The notes: generated by a model not told the origin, from the letters alone. 64,000 bases of DNA from Opitutaceae bacterium (GCA_035549635.1 DASZQN010000045.1:9286-73285), one strand, 5' to 3'; shown: positions 49,843 to 59,235, numbered from the stretch's first letter. Made by a program: numbers and translations.

Positions 49843-50547
49843 TTATTCGTTGAACTCGTCGAATTTCTTCGCCGCCTCGTCCTGCGCCCGGTGGGCCGCG
49901 GCCACCTGCGGGTCGGCCGCGCCCTCGCGCTCCCGGAGCTTCTTCTCCCGCTTGTTCAAGTCGTCGGCGCGCTGCTCCAGCTCCGTCTCCTTCTCCTGCT
50001 GCTGCATCATCTTTTCGAAAAGCTTGGACTCGTTCTCCTCCATGAAGCGCTCGCGCTCCGTGATCGCGGCCTTCTGCTCCTTGAGCGAGGCCTCCTGCTG
50101 GTCGAGCGCGGCCTTGAGCTGCTCCAGCGCGGCCTGCTCCTCCTTCGACACGGCGGCCTTCGCCTCCGGCGCCTTCTTCTTCGTCGCGGCCATGACCTTC
50201 TCCCGCGCGACCAGCAGCGCCTCCGCCTCCGCGAGGTCGCGCTCCCGCTCGATCTGCCGCGCCTCCGTGTCCTCGACGGCCCGCTCGCGCTCGACCAGCC
50301 GCATCTCCAGCGCGCGGAGCGAGCGCTCGAGCGCGGAGACCTGGTCGCCGTTCAGGACCTTGCTCTCCTCGCCCCACGGCGTCCGCGTGGCGGAGACGAT
50401 CTGCGCGATCTGCTTGCGCGCCTCGGCCGAGGCCGCCGAGAGCTCGACCGCCGAGACGGGGCGCCGCCGCAGCGTCAGCGCGGGCGCGGCGTTGGTGGGC
50501 TTGACCGGGAACTTGATCGGGCTCGGGGGACCAGGCGCGTCCGGCAT
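49843..50547 (-). CDS. Coiled-coil protein, unknown function
   Basis: 234 aa. A Pro-rich N-terminus is followed by ~170 aa of E/K/A/R/L-rich heptad-like sequence (ALERSLRALEMRLVERERAVEDTEARQIERERDLAEAEALL...). It starts 6 bp after the upstream gene. Confidence 0.6.
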   Translation of the reverse strand: MPDAPGPPSPIKFPVKPTNAAPALTLRRRPVSAVELSAASAEARKQIAQIVSATRTPWGEESKVLNGDQVSALERSLRALEMRLVERERAVEDTEARQIERERDLAEAEALLVAREKVMAATKKKAPEAKAAVSKEEQAALEQLKAALDQQEASLKEQKAAITERERFMEENESKLFEKMMQQQEKETELEQRADDLNKREKKLREREGAADPQVAAAHRAQDEAAKKFDEFNE

Positions 50548-50553
50548 GGCGGA

Positions 50554-51393
50554 TTATTTCTTGAAGAGCTTGGAAAAGAAGCCCGATTTCTTCTCTCCAC
50601 CCATACCCCGGGAGGAGCCCAGGAGCGGCTTCAGGAGCTCCGCGACCTTCGCCTCGGCCGCCGGGTTGCCGAGCACCACGAGGTGCCGGGACAGCGAGCC
50701 GCCGGCGGCGAGATCCTGCTTGAGCGCGTCGAGTTCCGGCTTGAACCACTCCGCGGCCGCGGCCGCGCGCTCGGCGGGCGCCGGCGCCGCCGCCGCCTGG
50801 GCGAGCGCCTCGAACAGGTGCAGGCCCTTCGCGCCCGGGCGGAACGGCAGGCACTGCGCCAGCGTCTGCTCATCGATGTGCGAAAGCGAGTTGAGCAGGC
50901 GGCGAAAATCGCCGCCGACGATCACGTTCTGCGACATGTCCTGCGCGAAGACCGCGAACCCGCCGAGGGTCGTGAGCTTTTCCAGCTTGCAGAACTCGCG
51001 CGTGTCCGGCCCGAGCGCGGTGAGCGCGATCGGAAAGGCCTCGGGGATCTCCAGCCGCGCCATGTTCTTCAGCATCTGGTTGTCCTTTTTCTCCGCCGCG
51101 GCCGTCTGCGCGACCATGTCGCCGAAGGGATCATCGAAGGCGAGCGTGTCCTTGAGCATGCCGATGAGCTGGTCCGCGCGCGTGGGCGGCTGGCCCTTGA
51201 GCACCAGCAGCGCCACCATCTCGTCGTAAGGCAGCTCGATGTATTTCGCCGGCGTCTCGTCCTTGCCCTTCACCGGCCAGTCGGGGCCGTCGAGGTTCTG
51301 CGCCAGGCTGCTCAGCGCGGTGTTGACCATGATGGACGAGGCGAAGGCGGCGCGCACGTCGTCCCAGTCCTTGGCGGTGTATTTGTCGGGCAT
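50554..51393 (-). CDS. Hypothetical protein with C-terminal amphipathic MinD-like tail
   Basis: Start MPDKYTAKDW (ATG 51393-51391). 279 aa with no recognised domain. The C-terminus is ...GGEKKSGFFSKLFKK. Confidence 0.6.
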   Translation of the reverse strand: MPDKYTAKDWDDVRAAFASSIMVNTALSSLAQNLDGPDWPVKGKDETPAKYIELPYDEMVALLVLKGQPPTRADQLIGMLKDTLAFDDPFGDMVAQTAAAEKKDNQMLKNMARLEIPEAFPIALTALGPDTREFCKLEKLTTLGGFAVFAQDMSQNVIVGGDFRRLLNSLSHIDEQTLAQCLPFRPGAKGLHLFEALAQAAAAPAPAERAAAAAEWFKPELDALKQDLAAGGSLSRHLVVLGNPAAEAKVAELLKPLLGSSRGMGGEKKSGFFSKLFKK

Positions 51394-51463
51394 GACAGGT
51401 GAGATTGAGTACTGGCGTTGGTTAAGCGGAAAGGGAGGCGGCGGCAAGCTCGCGCGCCGCGGG

Positions 51464-52360
51464 TCAGAGCTGCGCGCCCTGCCGGATGATCTCGGTGGCC
51501 AGCTTGCGGTAGTCGCTCACCACGCTGTCCTGGGTGCTCTCGTCGGTGGTGTCGCCCACCAGGACGACGGGCAGGCCGAGCGTGACCGCGCGGCGCACCA
51601 CCATCGCGTCGCGGATCTGCGTGTCGAAGATCTTCGCGTTCTGTCCGACGCGCTTGGCCGCGCGAAATTGGTTCAGGCGAAGCTGCATCCGCATCTTCGG
51701 CACCTCGATGTCCACGCCGGTCTTGATCGAGTTGAAGATCAGGCCCTGGACCTGCGCGGGCACGCCCATCGCCGCCTTCCGGAAGCTGGCCGAGAGCTGG
51801 TGAAACTTGCCGAGCTTCTCGACCAGCAGCGTGAAGCCGATGAGGCTGAGCGCATCCGGATTCGAGGGCACGTAGATCTCGTTCGCCGAGAAAATGCCGC
51901 ATTGCGAGGCGCGGAGGATGTTCGGCGGGCAGTCGAAGAGGACGAAGTCGTAGTTCTCCTCCACCGCCGCGAGCTGCTCGGCGAAGATCACGTACGCGGG
52001 GCGCTTCGGATCCCCGGTATACTCGTTCTCGAGGTCGACGAGGTTGAAGGCGGTCGGCGCGAGATCCAGGCCCGGCAGCAGCTTCTCGCCGGCTTTGCCC
52101 TCCACGACGTCCTTGATGATGATGTCCTTCAGCTGCACCTTGCCCGGATCGAAGATCGAGTAGATCGCACCTTCGCCGGTCGTGTTGATCTTGTTCCAGC
52201 GTTCCAGCCGGAGCAGCCAGATGCTCGCGTTGGACTGCGTGTCAAAATCGCAGAGGAGGACGCGCTTGCCCTGCTTCGCGAGGCAAGCGGCCGTGTTGAC
52301 GATGAGCGAGGTCTTGCCGACGCCGCCCTTGTAGTTGATGAATGCGATCTTGCGTGCCAT
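51464..52360 (-). CDS. ParA/MinD-family P-loop ATPase (orphan)
   Basis: Start MARKIAFINYKGGVGKTS (deviant Walker A KGGVGKT), followed by LLCDFDTQSNAS and FVLFDCPPN (Walker B region). 298 aa. No parB, parS or origin-type neighbours. Confidence 0.88.
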   Translation of the reverse strand: MARKIAFINYKGGVGKTSLIVNTAACLAKQGKRVLLCDFDTQSNASIWLLRLERWNKINTTGEGAIYSIFDPGKVQLKDIIIKDVVEGKAGEKLLPGLDLAPTAFNLVDLENEYTGDPKRPAYVIFAEQLAAVEENYDFVLFDCPPNILRASQCGIFSANEIYVPSNPDALSLIGFTLLVEKLGKFHQLSASFRKAAMGVPAQVQGLIFNSIKTGVDIEVPKMRMQLRLNQFRAAKRVGQNAKIFDTQIRDAMVVRRAVTLGLPVVLVGDTTDESTQDSVVSDYRKLATEIIRQGAQL

Positions 52361-52430
52361 CCAGTGAAAGACGTTAAGAAGCGTTGCCTGAGCCGGTTGA
52401 AGATGCCACCTCGGCCCTGACGGGCGAGCC

Positions 52431-52464
52431 AAAAAAAAGCGGCCGCCGCTTTCATTAATTTTTT
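52431..52464. terminator. Terminator-like hairpin flanked by A8 and T6 inside a divergent intergenic region
   Basis: AAAAAAAA (52431-52438), then a GC stem AAAGCGG-CCG-CCGCTTT (52436-52452), then TTTTTT at 52459-52464. It lies between the divergent ParA-like and REC gene starts. Confidence 0.35.
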
Positions 52465-52582
52465 CGGTTCGCCGCAAGCCCCGCTCCCTGAGCGCGTACC
52501 GACGGTCGCCGCGGGAAGTCACCGGGATGTAACGTCGCCGTCATCCCGTCGCCACCCGGATGCCCGATCCTCATCGGCCAAA

Positions 52583-52978
52583 ATGCCGCTCACCATCCTC
52601 AGTGTGGACGACGAACGCGATGTCACCGACCTGGTGCATTTCCATCTCACGCGGGCCGGGTACCGCGTGACCACGGCCTCCTGCGGGCGCGAGGCGCTCG
52701 AGAGTGTCCGGCTGGTTCCGCCGGACCTGATCCTGCTCGATCTCATGCTGCCCGACGTGGACGGCTTCGCGATCTGCGAGATCCTGCGACGGCAGGCGGC
52801 GACCGCGACGATCCCGATCGTGATCCTCACCGCCTGGGCGACCACCGACGCCCACAGCCTCGGCCTCGAGCTGGGAGCGCTCGACTACCTGACCAAGCCC
52901 TTCAGTCCGAAGGAACTCGTCGAGCGGGTGCGGCGCCTGCTCGACCTGCGGCCGGCGGCGCCTACGCTGGGCGGGTGA
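52583..52978 (+). CDS. Stand-alone receiver-domain response regulator
   Basis: 131 aa with ILSVDDERDV, LILLDLMLPDVDGF, IVILTA and YLTKPF. No output domain. Confidence 0.85.
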   Translation: MPLTILSVDDERDVTDLVHFHLTRAGYRVTTASCGREALESVRLVPPDLILLDLMLPDVDGFAICEILRRQAATATIPIVILTAWATTDAHSLGLELGALDYLTKPFSPKELVERVRRLLDLRPAAPTLGG

Positions 52979-53454
52979 ACAAGCTCCTCCTTCGCGACGA
53001 GATCCTCGCCCGGCTGCAGCGCGAGCTCGCCACGCAGGCGGCCGCGGCGCACCAGACCCGCGACGAGGCCATCAGCGAGGAGAGCAAGGCCGAGAACAAG
53101 TACGACACGCGCAGCATCGAGGCGGGCTATCTCGCCGAGGGACAGGCGCGGATGACAGCCGAGATCCAGGCGCGCATCGACGCCTACCGCAGTTTCTTCC
53201 CGCCGGACTTCCCGCCCGGCGCATCCATCGCGGTCGGTGCACTCGTCGAAGTGGAAAGCGGCGGACGGCGCACCTGGTATTTTCTCGGTCCGCGCGCGGG
53301 CGGGATGGAAATTCCCCTCGATGGCACTTCCGTGCTCGTGCTCACGCCGCAATCACCGCTCGGGCGGGAACTGCTGGGCCGCCGCGAGGGTGACGCGATC
53401 GCCGCCCCTGCGCGCGGCGCGAGGGCGCCGCAGCGCATCGTCCGCGTGGAGTGA
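52975..53454 (+). CDS. GreA/GreB-family transcription factor-like protein
   Basis: GTG start overlapping the REC stop (GTGA). N-terminal coiled coil with an acidic tip region (EESKAENKYDTRS). C-terminal Gre-like domain (GASIAVGALVEVE...YFLGP...LTPQSPLGRELLGRREGDAI). Confidence 0.7.
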   Translation: MNKLLLRDEILARLQRELATQAAAAHQTRDEAISEESKAENKYDTRSIEAGYLAEGQARMTAEIQARIDAYRSFFPPDFPPGASIAVGALVEVESGGRRTWYFLGPRAGGMEIPLDGTSVLVLTPQSPLGRELLGRREGDAIAAPARGARAPQRIVRVE

Positions 53455-53462
53455 GTCCGGCG

Positions 53463-54122
53463 CTAGTCGCCGAGCCGATACACCACCGGCACCACGAGGC
53501 GGAAGGACACCGGCCGGCCCTCCCTCCGGCCCGGTTCGAAAACCCATCTCGAGACCGCGCGCAGCGTCGGCTCGTCGAAGGATCGGTCGCTCGAGCGCAC
53601 CACCCGGGGATTGAGCACGCGGCCCGAGGGGTCGACGGCGAACTCCACGAGGACCTCGCCAACGATGCCGGCCGCCCGGGCCGCCGCGGGATAGGCCGGC
53701 GGAATCCGCACGCGCGCCCGCGGGACCTCGTCGAGCATCGCGACATCGACCATCGTGCCGCCCCCGGAAAAGTCGGGCCCCTCCCCGCCCGGCCGGAAAA
53801 TTCCCGGATCAACCAGGGACGCCGTCGCCAACGAAGGTGCCGGCGGAGTCGGCACCGGAACGATGAAGTCCGGATGATGTTCGGCGTCGACCGGCTCGAA
53901 CCGCTCCTCCTGCGTCGGCGGTCCCGGATTTTTCGAGGATGCTTTTTCGGCGTCTTCCGGTTCCGGCGACGGCTCGATGACCGTCAGCGGATGGTCGAGG
54001 AGGATGAATCTTTCCCCGGTCCGCTGGACGGGCGCGCGGGATGTTTTCGTGAAACCGAACAACAGGAAAGCCAGCAGCGTGAGGGCGAAGGCGGCGGGAA
54101 GCGCGAAGCGGCGACGTTTCAT
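53463..54122 (-). CDS. TonB-family energy transducer
   Basis: Start MKRRRFALPAAFALTLLAFLLF (N-terminal anchor). A Pro/Glu-rich spacer is followed by the TonB_C pattern PPAYPAAARAAGIVGEVLVEFAVDPSGRV. No exbB or exbD adjacent. Confidence 0.75.
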   Translation of the reverse strand: MKRRRFALPAAFALTLLAFLLFGFTKTSRAPVQRTGERFILLDHPLTVIEPSPEPEDAEKASSKNPGPPTQEERFEPVDAEHHPDFIVPVPTPPAPSLATASLVDPGIFRPGGEGPDFSGGGTMVDVAMLDEVPRARVRIPPAYPAAARAAGIVGEVLVEFAVDPSGRVLNPRVVRSSDRSFDEPTLRAVSRWVFEPGRREGRPVSFRLVVPVVYRLGD

Positions 54123-54540
54123 GGGACCTCCTTTGGTTGGGAATGAATGCCTGTTCATCGTGATGAGGTTCCGGCGGGATTCCTTCTTAGGCCGATTTCT
54201 CGCCGCTGCCGTGTCCGGGAACTTCCACGGCGGCCGGCATGATTTTATTTCCTTCGCGGGCGACGAGATGACGAAGGTGTCACCGGCGAAAGCTCGACAC
54301 CCGGCGCCGCCCGCGCCACTTTTCCCCAGTGTTCGCGCTCCTTTCAAGACCAGCGGGCGGACCTCTCCGCCGGTGTCCCCGGAGGATTTTTTCGCCTAGG
54401 GACATCACCCCTCATTTTACAGATGGCATGATTGACTCGGGCGGGTTGTTGGATTCCTAATCAACCTGCGTAAGCTCCCTTGTTTTAATACTCTAGGCAA
54501 CAATGTCTGCCCTGCCCGAAACCGGCCCCTCCTTCCCGCG

Positions 54541-56994
54541 ATGCTGACCTCCAGCGGCATGCCCCTCCGGTGGCGGCTGACGCTGCTCATCACCTTGGTC
54601 TGCACCCTGACCCTCGGGGCGGCGTTCGCAGGGTATTACGTCATGGAGGTGCGCCGTCTGCACGATGACGTCGCGAAGACCTCCGACGACATCGCGAACC
54701 AGGTTGCGGTGAATGTCACCGGCATCCTCGAGAAAAATCCCGCTGCCACTGAAGAGGAGCTGCCGCTGCGAATCTGGCTCACCAGCAACGAGACCATCAT
54801 CACCGCCGTCGTCTACTCGCCGACCAACAAGGTCCTCTCCAAATGGGTGCGGCCGGGCTCCGGTGGAGCGATCGGCTCGGTGCGGGCCGCGTACGTCAGC
54901 ACGTTTTCCACCGACGAGGCCGTGATTCCCAAGCGCCTCACCGGCCCGGGCGGCCGGCGCCTCGGCACCCTCGTGCTGACGGCGCAGGCCAGCCCCGAGG
55001 CGCGCCAGAGCCTGCTTGAGCCGCTGCAGGCGATGGGAGGACTTTTTCTCCTCGCCATGCTCGGCGGACTCGTCGTCTCCCGCTTTCTCCAGCGCGGCAT
55101 CTCCGAGCCCATCACGAAGCTCGCGGGGATCGCGCGCCGGGTCGCGACCGATGGCGACTACTCCGCGCGCGCCGAGGTCCGGGGCGGTGGCGAGACGGCC
55201 GTGCTGGTCGAGGCGTTCAACTCGATGCTCACGACGATCCAGCAGCGCGACGCGGAGCTGGTCGTGGCCAAGAACAACGCGGAGAAGGCCCGCGAGCGCC
55301 TGGCCGAGATCAACGCCATGCTCGAGGAGGCCAACCGCACCCTCGAGGCCAAGGTCGCCGAGCGCACCGTCGAACTCCACAAGGCGATGACCGCGGCGCG
55401 CGACGCGAACCAGGCCAAGAGCTCCTTCCTCGCCAAGATGAGCCACGAGCTGCGCACCCCGATGAACGCCATCATCGGCTATGCCGAGATGCTCATCGAG
55501 GACGCCACCGACCGCGGTGACAACGGCGCGATCGCCGACCTGCGCAAGATTCTCAGTGCCGCCCGGCACCTGCTCGGGTTGATCAACGACGTGCTGGATC
55601 TCTCCAAGATCGAGGCCGGCAAGATGGACCTGTACCTCGAGTCCTTCGACGTCTGCACGCTGGTGCACGATGTGATCCCGACGGCCCAGCCGCTCATCGA
55701 CCGGAACAAGAACCAGCTGAAGGTGGACTGCCCGGAAAACTTCGGCACCATGCGGGCCGATGCCACCAAGCTCCGGCAGATCCTGCTCAATCTGCTCAGC
55801 AACGCCTCCAAGTTCACCGAGGAGGGCGTCGTCTCCCTCGAAGTGAGCCGCGACCAGGCCGGTCCGCGCGAGATGGTGGTGATGCTGGTGCGCGACAGCG
55901 GCATCGGCATGACGCCGGAGCAGATGGGCCGCCTCTTCCAGGTCTTCAGCCAGGCCGACAAGTCCACCTCCGCCAAGTTCGGCGGCACCGGCCTGGGGCT
56001 CGCCATCTCGCGGCAGTTCGCCCGCCTGATGGGCGGCGACATCACCGTCGCGAGCAAGATGGGCGAAGGCTCCGTCTTCACGGTGCGCATCCCGGCGGAG
56101 GTCGCGCCGGTCAAGGCGACGCCCGAGGGCGAGACAACGCCGCCCATGCCGGTGCCGGAGAAGGCGCCGGCCCCCGCGCCCGCCGGGCCTCCGCGCCGCG
56201 GTCGGGTGCTCGTCATCGACGCCGACGACGCCGTCAACACGATGCTGCAGGACCTGCTCGGCCGCGAAGGCTACACGGTGAACGTCGCCCGCAACGGCGA
56301 GGAGGCCGTCGCCCGCGCGCGCGAGATGAGCCCGCACGTCGTCATCCTCGACACGCTGATGCCCGGCGCGGAAGGCGGCAATCTCCTCTCCCAGCTCAAG
56401 ATCCACCCGCTGCTCGCGAACCTGCCGTTCGTCCTGCTGACGATGGACAACCACGCCACCGGCGGCGTCGCCATCGGCGCCGCGGACTACATGAGCAAGC
56501 CGATCGACGGCGGGCGGCTTCTGGCCATCCTCGCCAAATACAGCGCCGCGCGCAGCGAAAACGCCATCATGGTCGTGGAGGACGACGCTCCCACGCGGAA
56601 CATGATCGTGCGCCTGCTGGAGCGCGAGGGCTGGCCCGCGCTCCAGGCCGAGAACGGCCGCGCCGCCCTCGGCCTGCTCGAGCGCAACACGCCCTCGGTC
56701 GTGCTCCTGGACCTGCTCATGCCCGAGCTCGACGGCTTCGCCGTGCTGCGGGCGATGCGCGCCCACGCCGTCTGGCGGGACATTCCCGTGGTGGTACTGA
56801 CCTCGCTCGACCTTACCGCCGAGGTGCGGGGCTTCCTCGAGAAGCAGGCTGAGCGCGTGCTGCAAAAGGGCAGCTATTCGCGCGACGAGCTGCTCCGCGA
56901 GGTCCGTGACTCGGTGGAGGAGTTCATGCGCCGCACCGGCCGGAGCAACCCGCCCTTCCCGCGCCCCTCCGCGGTGGCCTCGATCCTTTCCTGA
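54541..56994 (+). CDS. Membrane hybrid histidine kinase (TM-sensor-TM-HAMP-HisKA-HATPase-REC-REC)
   Basis: 817 aa. H-box [21 protein letters not shown] boxes [15 protein letters not shown] and [10 protein letters not shown]. Two receivers ([10 protein letters not shown]...ILDTLMPG and [10 protein letters not shown]...[11 protein letters not shown]). Confidence 0.9.
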   Translation: MLTSSGMPLRWRLTLLITLVCTLTLGAAFAGYYVMEVRRLHDDVAKTSDDIANQVAVNVTGILEKNPAATEEELPLRIWLTSNETIITAVVYSPTNKVLSKWVRPGSGGAIGSVRAAYVSTFSTDEAVIPKRLTGPGGRRLGTLVLTAQASPEARQSLLEPLQAMGGLFLLAMLGGLVVSRFLQRGISEPITKLAGIARRVATDGDYSARAEVRGGGETAVLVEAFNSMLTTIQQRDAELVVAKNNAEKARERLAEINAMLEEANRTLEAKVAERTVELHKAMTAARDANQAKSSFLAKMSHELRTPMNAIIGYAEMLIEDATDRGDNGAIADLRKILSAARHLLGLINDVLDLSKIEAGKMDLYLESFDVCTLVHDVIPTAQPLIDRNKNQLKVDCPENFGTMRADATKLRQILLNLLSNASKFTEEGVVSLEVSRDQAGPREMVVMLVRDSGIGMTPEQMGRLFQVFSQADKSTSAKFGGTGLGLAISRQFARLMGGDITVASKMGEGSVFTVRIPAEVAPVKATPEGETTPPMPVPEKAPAPAPAGPPRRGRVLVIDADDAVNTMLQDLLGREGYTVNVARNGEEAVARAREMSPHVVILDTLMPGAEGGNLLSQLKIHPLLANLPFVLLTMDNHATGGVAIGAADYMSKPIDGGRLLAILAKYSAARSENAIMVVEDDAPTRNMIVRLLEREGWPALQAENGRAALGLLERNTPSVVLLDLLMPELDGFAVLRAMRAHAVWRDIPVVVLTSLDLTAEVRGFLEKQAERVLQKGSYSRDELLREVRDSVEEFMRRTGRSNPPFPRPSAVASILS

Positions 56995-57009
56995 AATCCC
57001 CTCTTTCCC

Positions 57010-57393
57010 ATGGCCAAAATACTGCTCGTTGAAGACAACGAAATGAACCGCGACATGCTCGGCCGCCGCCTGGAAAAACGCGGCTACCAGATCGCGATCG
57101 CCGCCGACGGCCCGACGGGGCTGGCGCTGGCGCGCAGCGGGAAACCCGATCTGATCCTCATGGACATGAGCCTGCCCGGCATCGACGGCTGGGAGGCCAG
57201 CCGCCAGCTCAAGGCCGATCCCGCCACCGCGGGCATCCCCATCATCGCGCTCACCGCCCACGCCATGGCGGAGGATCGCGAAAAGGCCCTCGCCGCCGGC
57301 TGCAACGAGTACGAGACCAAGCCCGTGGAGCTGACCAGCCTGCTGGCGAAGATCGAGACCTTGCTGCCCAAGTCCGGCAAGCCCGGCGCATGA
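57010..57393 (+). CDS. Stand-alone CheY-like response regulator
   Basis: 127 aa with ILLVEDNEMNRDML, LILMDMSLPGIDG, IIALTAHA and YETKP. It starts 15 bp after the kinase gene. Confidence 0.88.
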   Translation: MAKILLVEDNEMNRDMLGRRLEKRGYQIAIAADGPTGLALARSGKPDLILMDMSLPGIDGWEASRQLKADPATAGIPIIALTAHAMAEDREKALAAGCNEYETKPVELTSLLAKIETLLPKSGKPGA

Positions 57394-59027
57394 GCGGAGA
57401 ATCGTCCAAACCCGTCACCCCGGACGCCGCGCCCGCGCCCTCGGAGCACACCCGGCCCATGTGGCCCCTCCCGGCCGGCATCGACGAGGAGGCGCTCAAG
57501 CGGCTGCGCCACGATCTCCGCACGCCCCTCAACCAGATCATCGGCTACACCGAAATGCTGATCGAGACCGCCGCCGAGGGCGGCTCGACCACGCTCGCCG
57601 AGGACCTGCAGCACCTGCACGCGTCCGGCAGCCAGATCCTGACCCTGCTCAACGAGGGACTCGCGCAATGGAAGGTCGAGGCCGGCAAGGTCGACCTCGT
57701 CGCCCTGCGCCGCAGTCTCCTCGGCCCGCTCAACGGCGTGCTCGGCTACCGCGACCTCTGCGAGGAGACCGCCCGTGCGCTCGGGCTGAACGAGACCGTG
57801 GCCGACCTGGAGAAGATCTCCCTGGCCTCGCGCAATCTCCGGAAGATGCTCGAGCAGGAGTCGTTCGCCGAGCGCTACCATCTCGGCACGCCCTCGCCGA
57901 TGACCGGCGGCTCGGCCTCGCCCATCGTCCCCGGCGGCACGCGCGCGGGCGCCTACGCCGTCCCCGCCGCCACCAGCCCGGCCACCGGCCACCTCCTGAT
58001 CGTGGACGACGAGCCGCTCAACCGCGAGATGCTCGTGCGCCGCCTGAACCGCATGGGCTTCACCGCCGTCGGCGCCGAAAACGGCCAGGTCGCCCTCGAC
58101 ATCATCGGCCGCGAGCCCTTCGACCTCGTGCTGCTCGACATCCTCATGCCGGTGCTGGACGGCTTCCAGACCCTCGAGCGCCTGAAGGCCGACGAGAAAC
58201 TGAAGCACATCCCCGTCATCATGCTCACCGCGCTCGACGAGGTTTCGGCCACGGTCCGCTGCATCGAGGCCGGCGCCGAGGACTACGTCCCGAAGCCCTT
58301 CAATCCCGTCATCCTCCGCGCGCGCATCGGCGCCTCGCTGGAAAAAAAACGCCTGCGCGACCAGGAGCGCGCCCACCTCGCGGAGATCCAGGCCGAGCGC
58401 GCCAAGTCGGAGCGGCTCCTGCTCAACATCCTGCCGAAGGCGATCGGCGACCGGCTCAAGGCCGGCGAGGAGCCGATCGTCGACGCCGTGCCGGAGGCGA
58501 CCGTGCTGTTTGCGGACATCGTCAATTTCACCGGCATCGCCGCCGACCTCTCACCGGCGAAGACGGTCGGCCGCCTCAACGAGATTTTCTCCGACTTCGA
58601 CCTGCTGGTCGAGGGCATGGGGGTCGAGAAGATCAAGACCATCGGCGATTCCTACATGGTGGTCGGCGGCGTCCCTCTCGCCGTACCCGACCACGCCGTG
58701 CGCTGCGCGGACATGGCCCTGGCGATGCTCGAGGTCATGGAGGTCTTCAACCAGCGCAACAACGTGCGCTGGCAGATTCGCATCGGCATGCACACCGGCC
58801 CGCTGGTCGCGGGGATCATCGGCTCCAAGAAATTCGCCTACGATCTCTGGGGCGACACCGTGAACATCGCCAGCCGCCTGGAATCGCACGGCGAGGCCGG
58901 CATCATCCAGGTGTCGCAGGCCACCGCCGACCTCCTGAAGCCGCACTTCGTCATCGAGCCCCGCGGCAGCATCGAACTGAAGAACCGCGGCGAGATGACC
59001 GCCTACCGGCTGGTCGGGCGCAAATAG
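57390..59027 (+). CDS. HisKA-like phosphotransfer domain + REC + class III adenylate/guanylate cyclase
   Basis: ATG overlaps the upstream stop (ATGA). It has the H-box LRHDLRTPLNQIIGY and no HATPase domain. A second degenerate copy (LRRSLLGPLNGVLGY) lacks the His. REC (LLIVDDEPLN...LLDILMPVLDG). Cyclase motifs VLFADIVNFTG, KTIGDSYMVVGG and YDLWGDTVNIASR. Confidence 0.88.
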   Translation: MSGESSKPVTPDAAPAPSEHTRPMWPLPAGIDEEALKRLRHDLRTPLNQIIGYTEMLIETAAEGGSTTLAEDLQHLHASGSQILTLLNEGLAQWKVEAGKVDLVALRRSLLGPLNGVLGYRDLCEETARALGLNETVADLEKISLASRNLRKMLEQESFAERYHLGTPSPMTGGSASPIVPGGTRAGAYAVPAATSPATGHLLIVDDEPLNREMLVRRLNRMGFTAVGAENGQVALDIIGREPFDLVLLDILMPVLDGFQTLERLKADEKLKHIPVIMLTALDEVSATVRCIEAGAEDYVPKPFNPVILRARIGASLEKKRLRDQERAHLAEIQAERAKSERLLLNILPKAIGDRLKAGEEPIVDAVPEATVLFADIVNFTGIAADLSPAKTVGRLNEIFSDFDLLVEGMGVEKIKTIGDSYMVVGGVPLAVPDHAVRCADMALAMLEVMEVFNQRNNVRWQIRIGMHTGPLVAGIIGSKKFAYDLWGDTVNIASRLESHGEAGIIQVSQATADLLKPHFVIEPRGSIELKNRGEMTAYRLVGRK

Positions 59028-59235
59028 CGGCGGGTACGGACCGGCCGCCCCTGTCGTGGCCCGGACCGCTTGCGGATGAGGTCACTCCCTGCCGGTCACG
59101 CACCGACCGGGATCGGCGGCCCGAAAAAACGTAACAATTGAACGGTTGCCGGTCTCCGTCAGCGGGGCGTAACCTGATCGTGACAGCCCCTCCCGTGCCC
59201 CGCCAATTCCGCCATCTGGCTTCGCTGATTCCCCC

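Noticed and set aside
49694-51402. Plus-strand 511-aa (Ser/Ala/Arg-rich) and 562-aa ORFs.
   Set aside because: They are antisense to the coiled-coil and hypothetical genes. The minus-strand products have balanced, Lys/Glu-containing compositions and sensible start and stop spacing.
54123-54540. Small ORFs (53977-54399 plus strand, 54417-54605 minus strand) or an ncRNA in the lower-GC 418-bp spacer between tonB-like and the hybrid kinase.
   Set aside because: No motif, signal or structure could be supported by eye. It is most simply a divergent promoter region.
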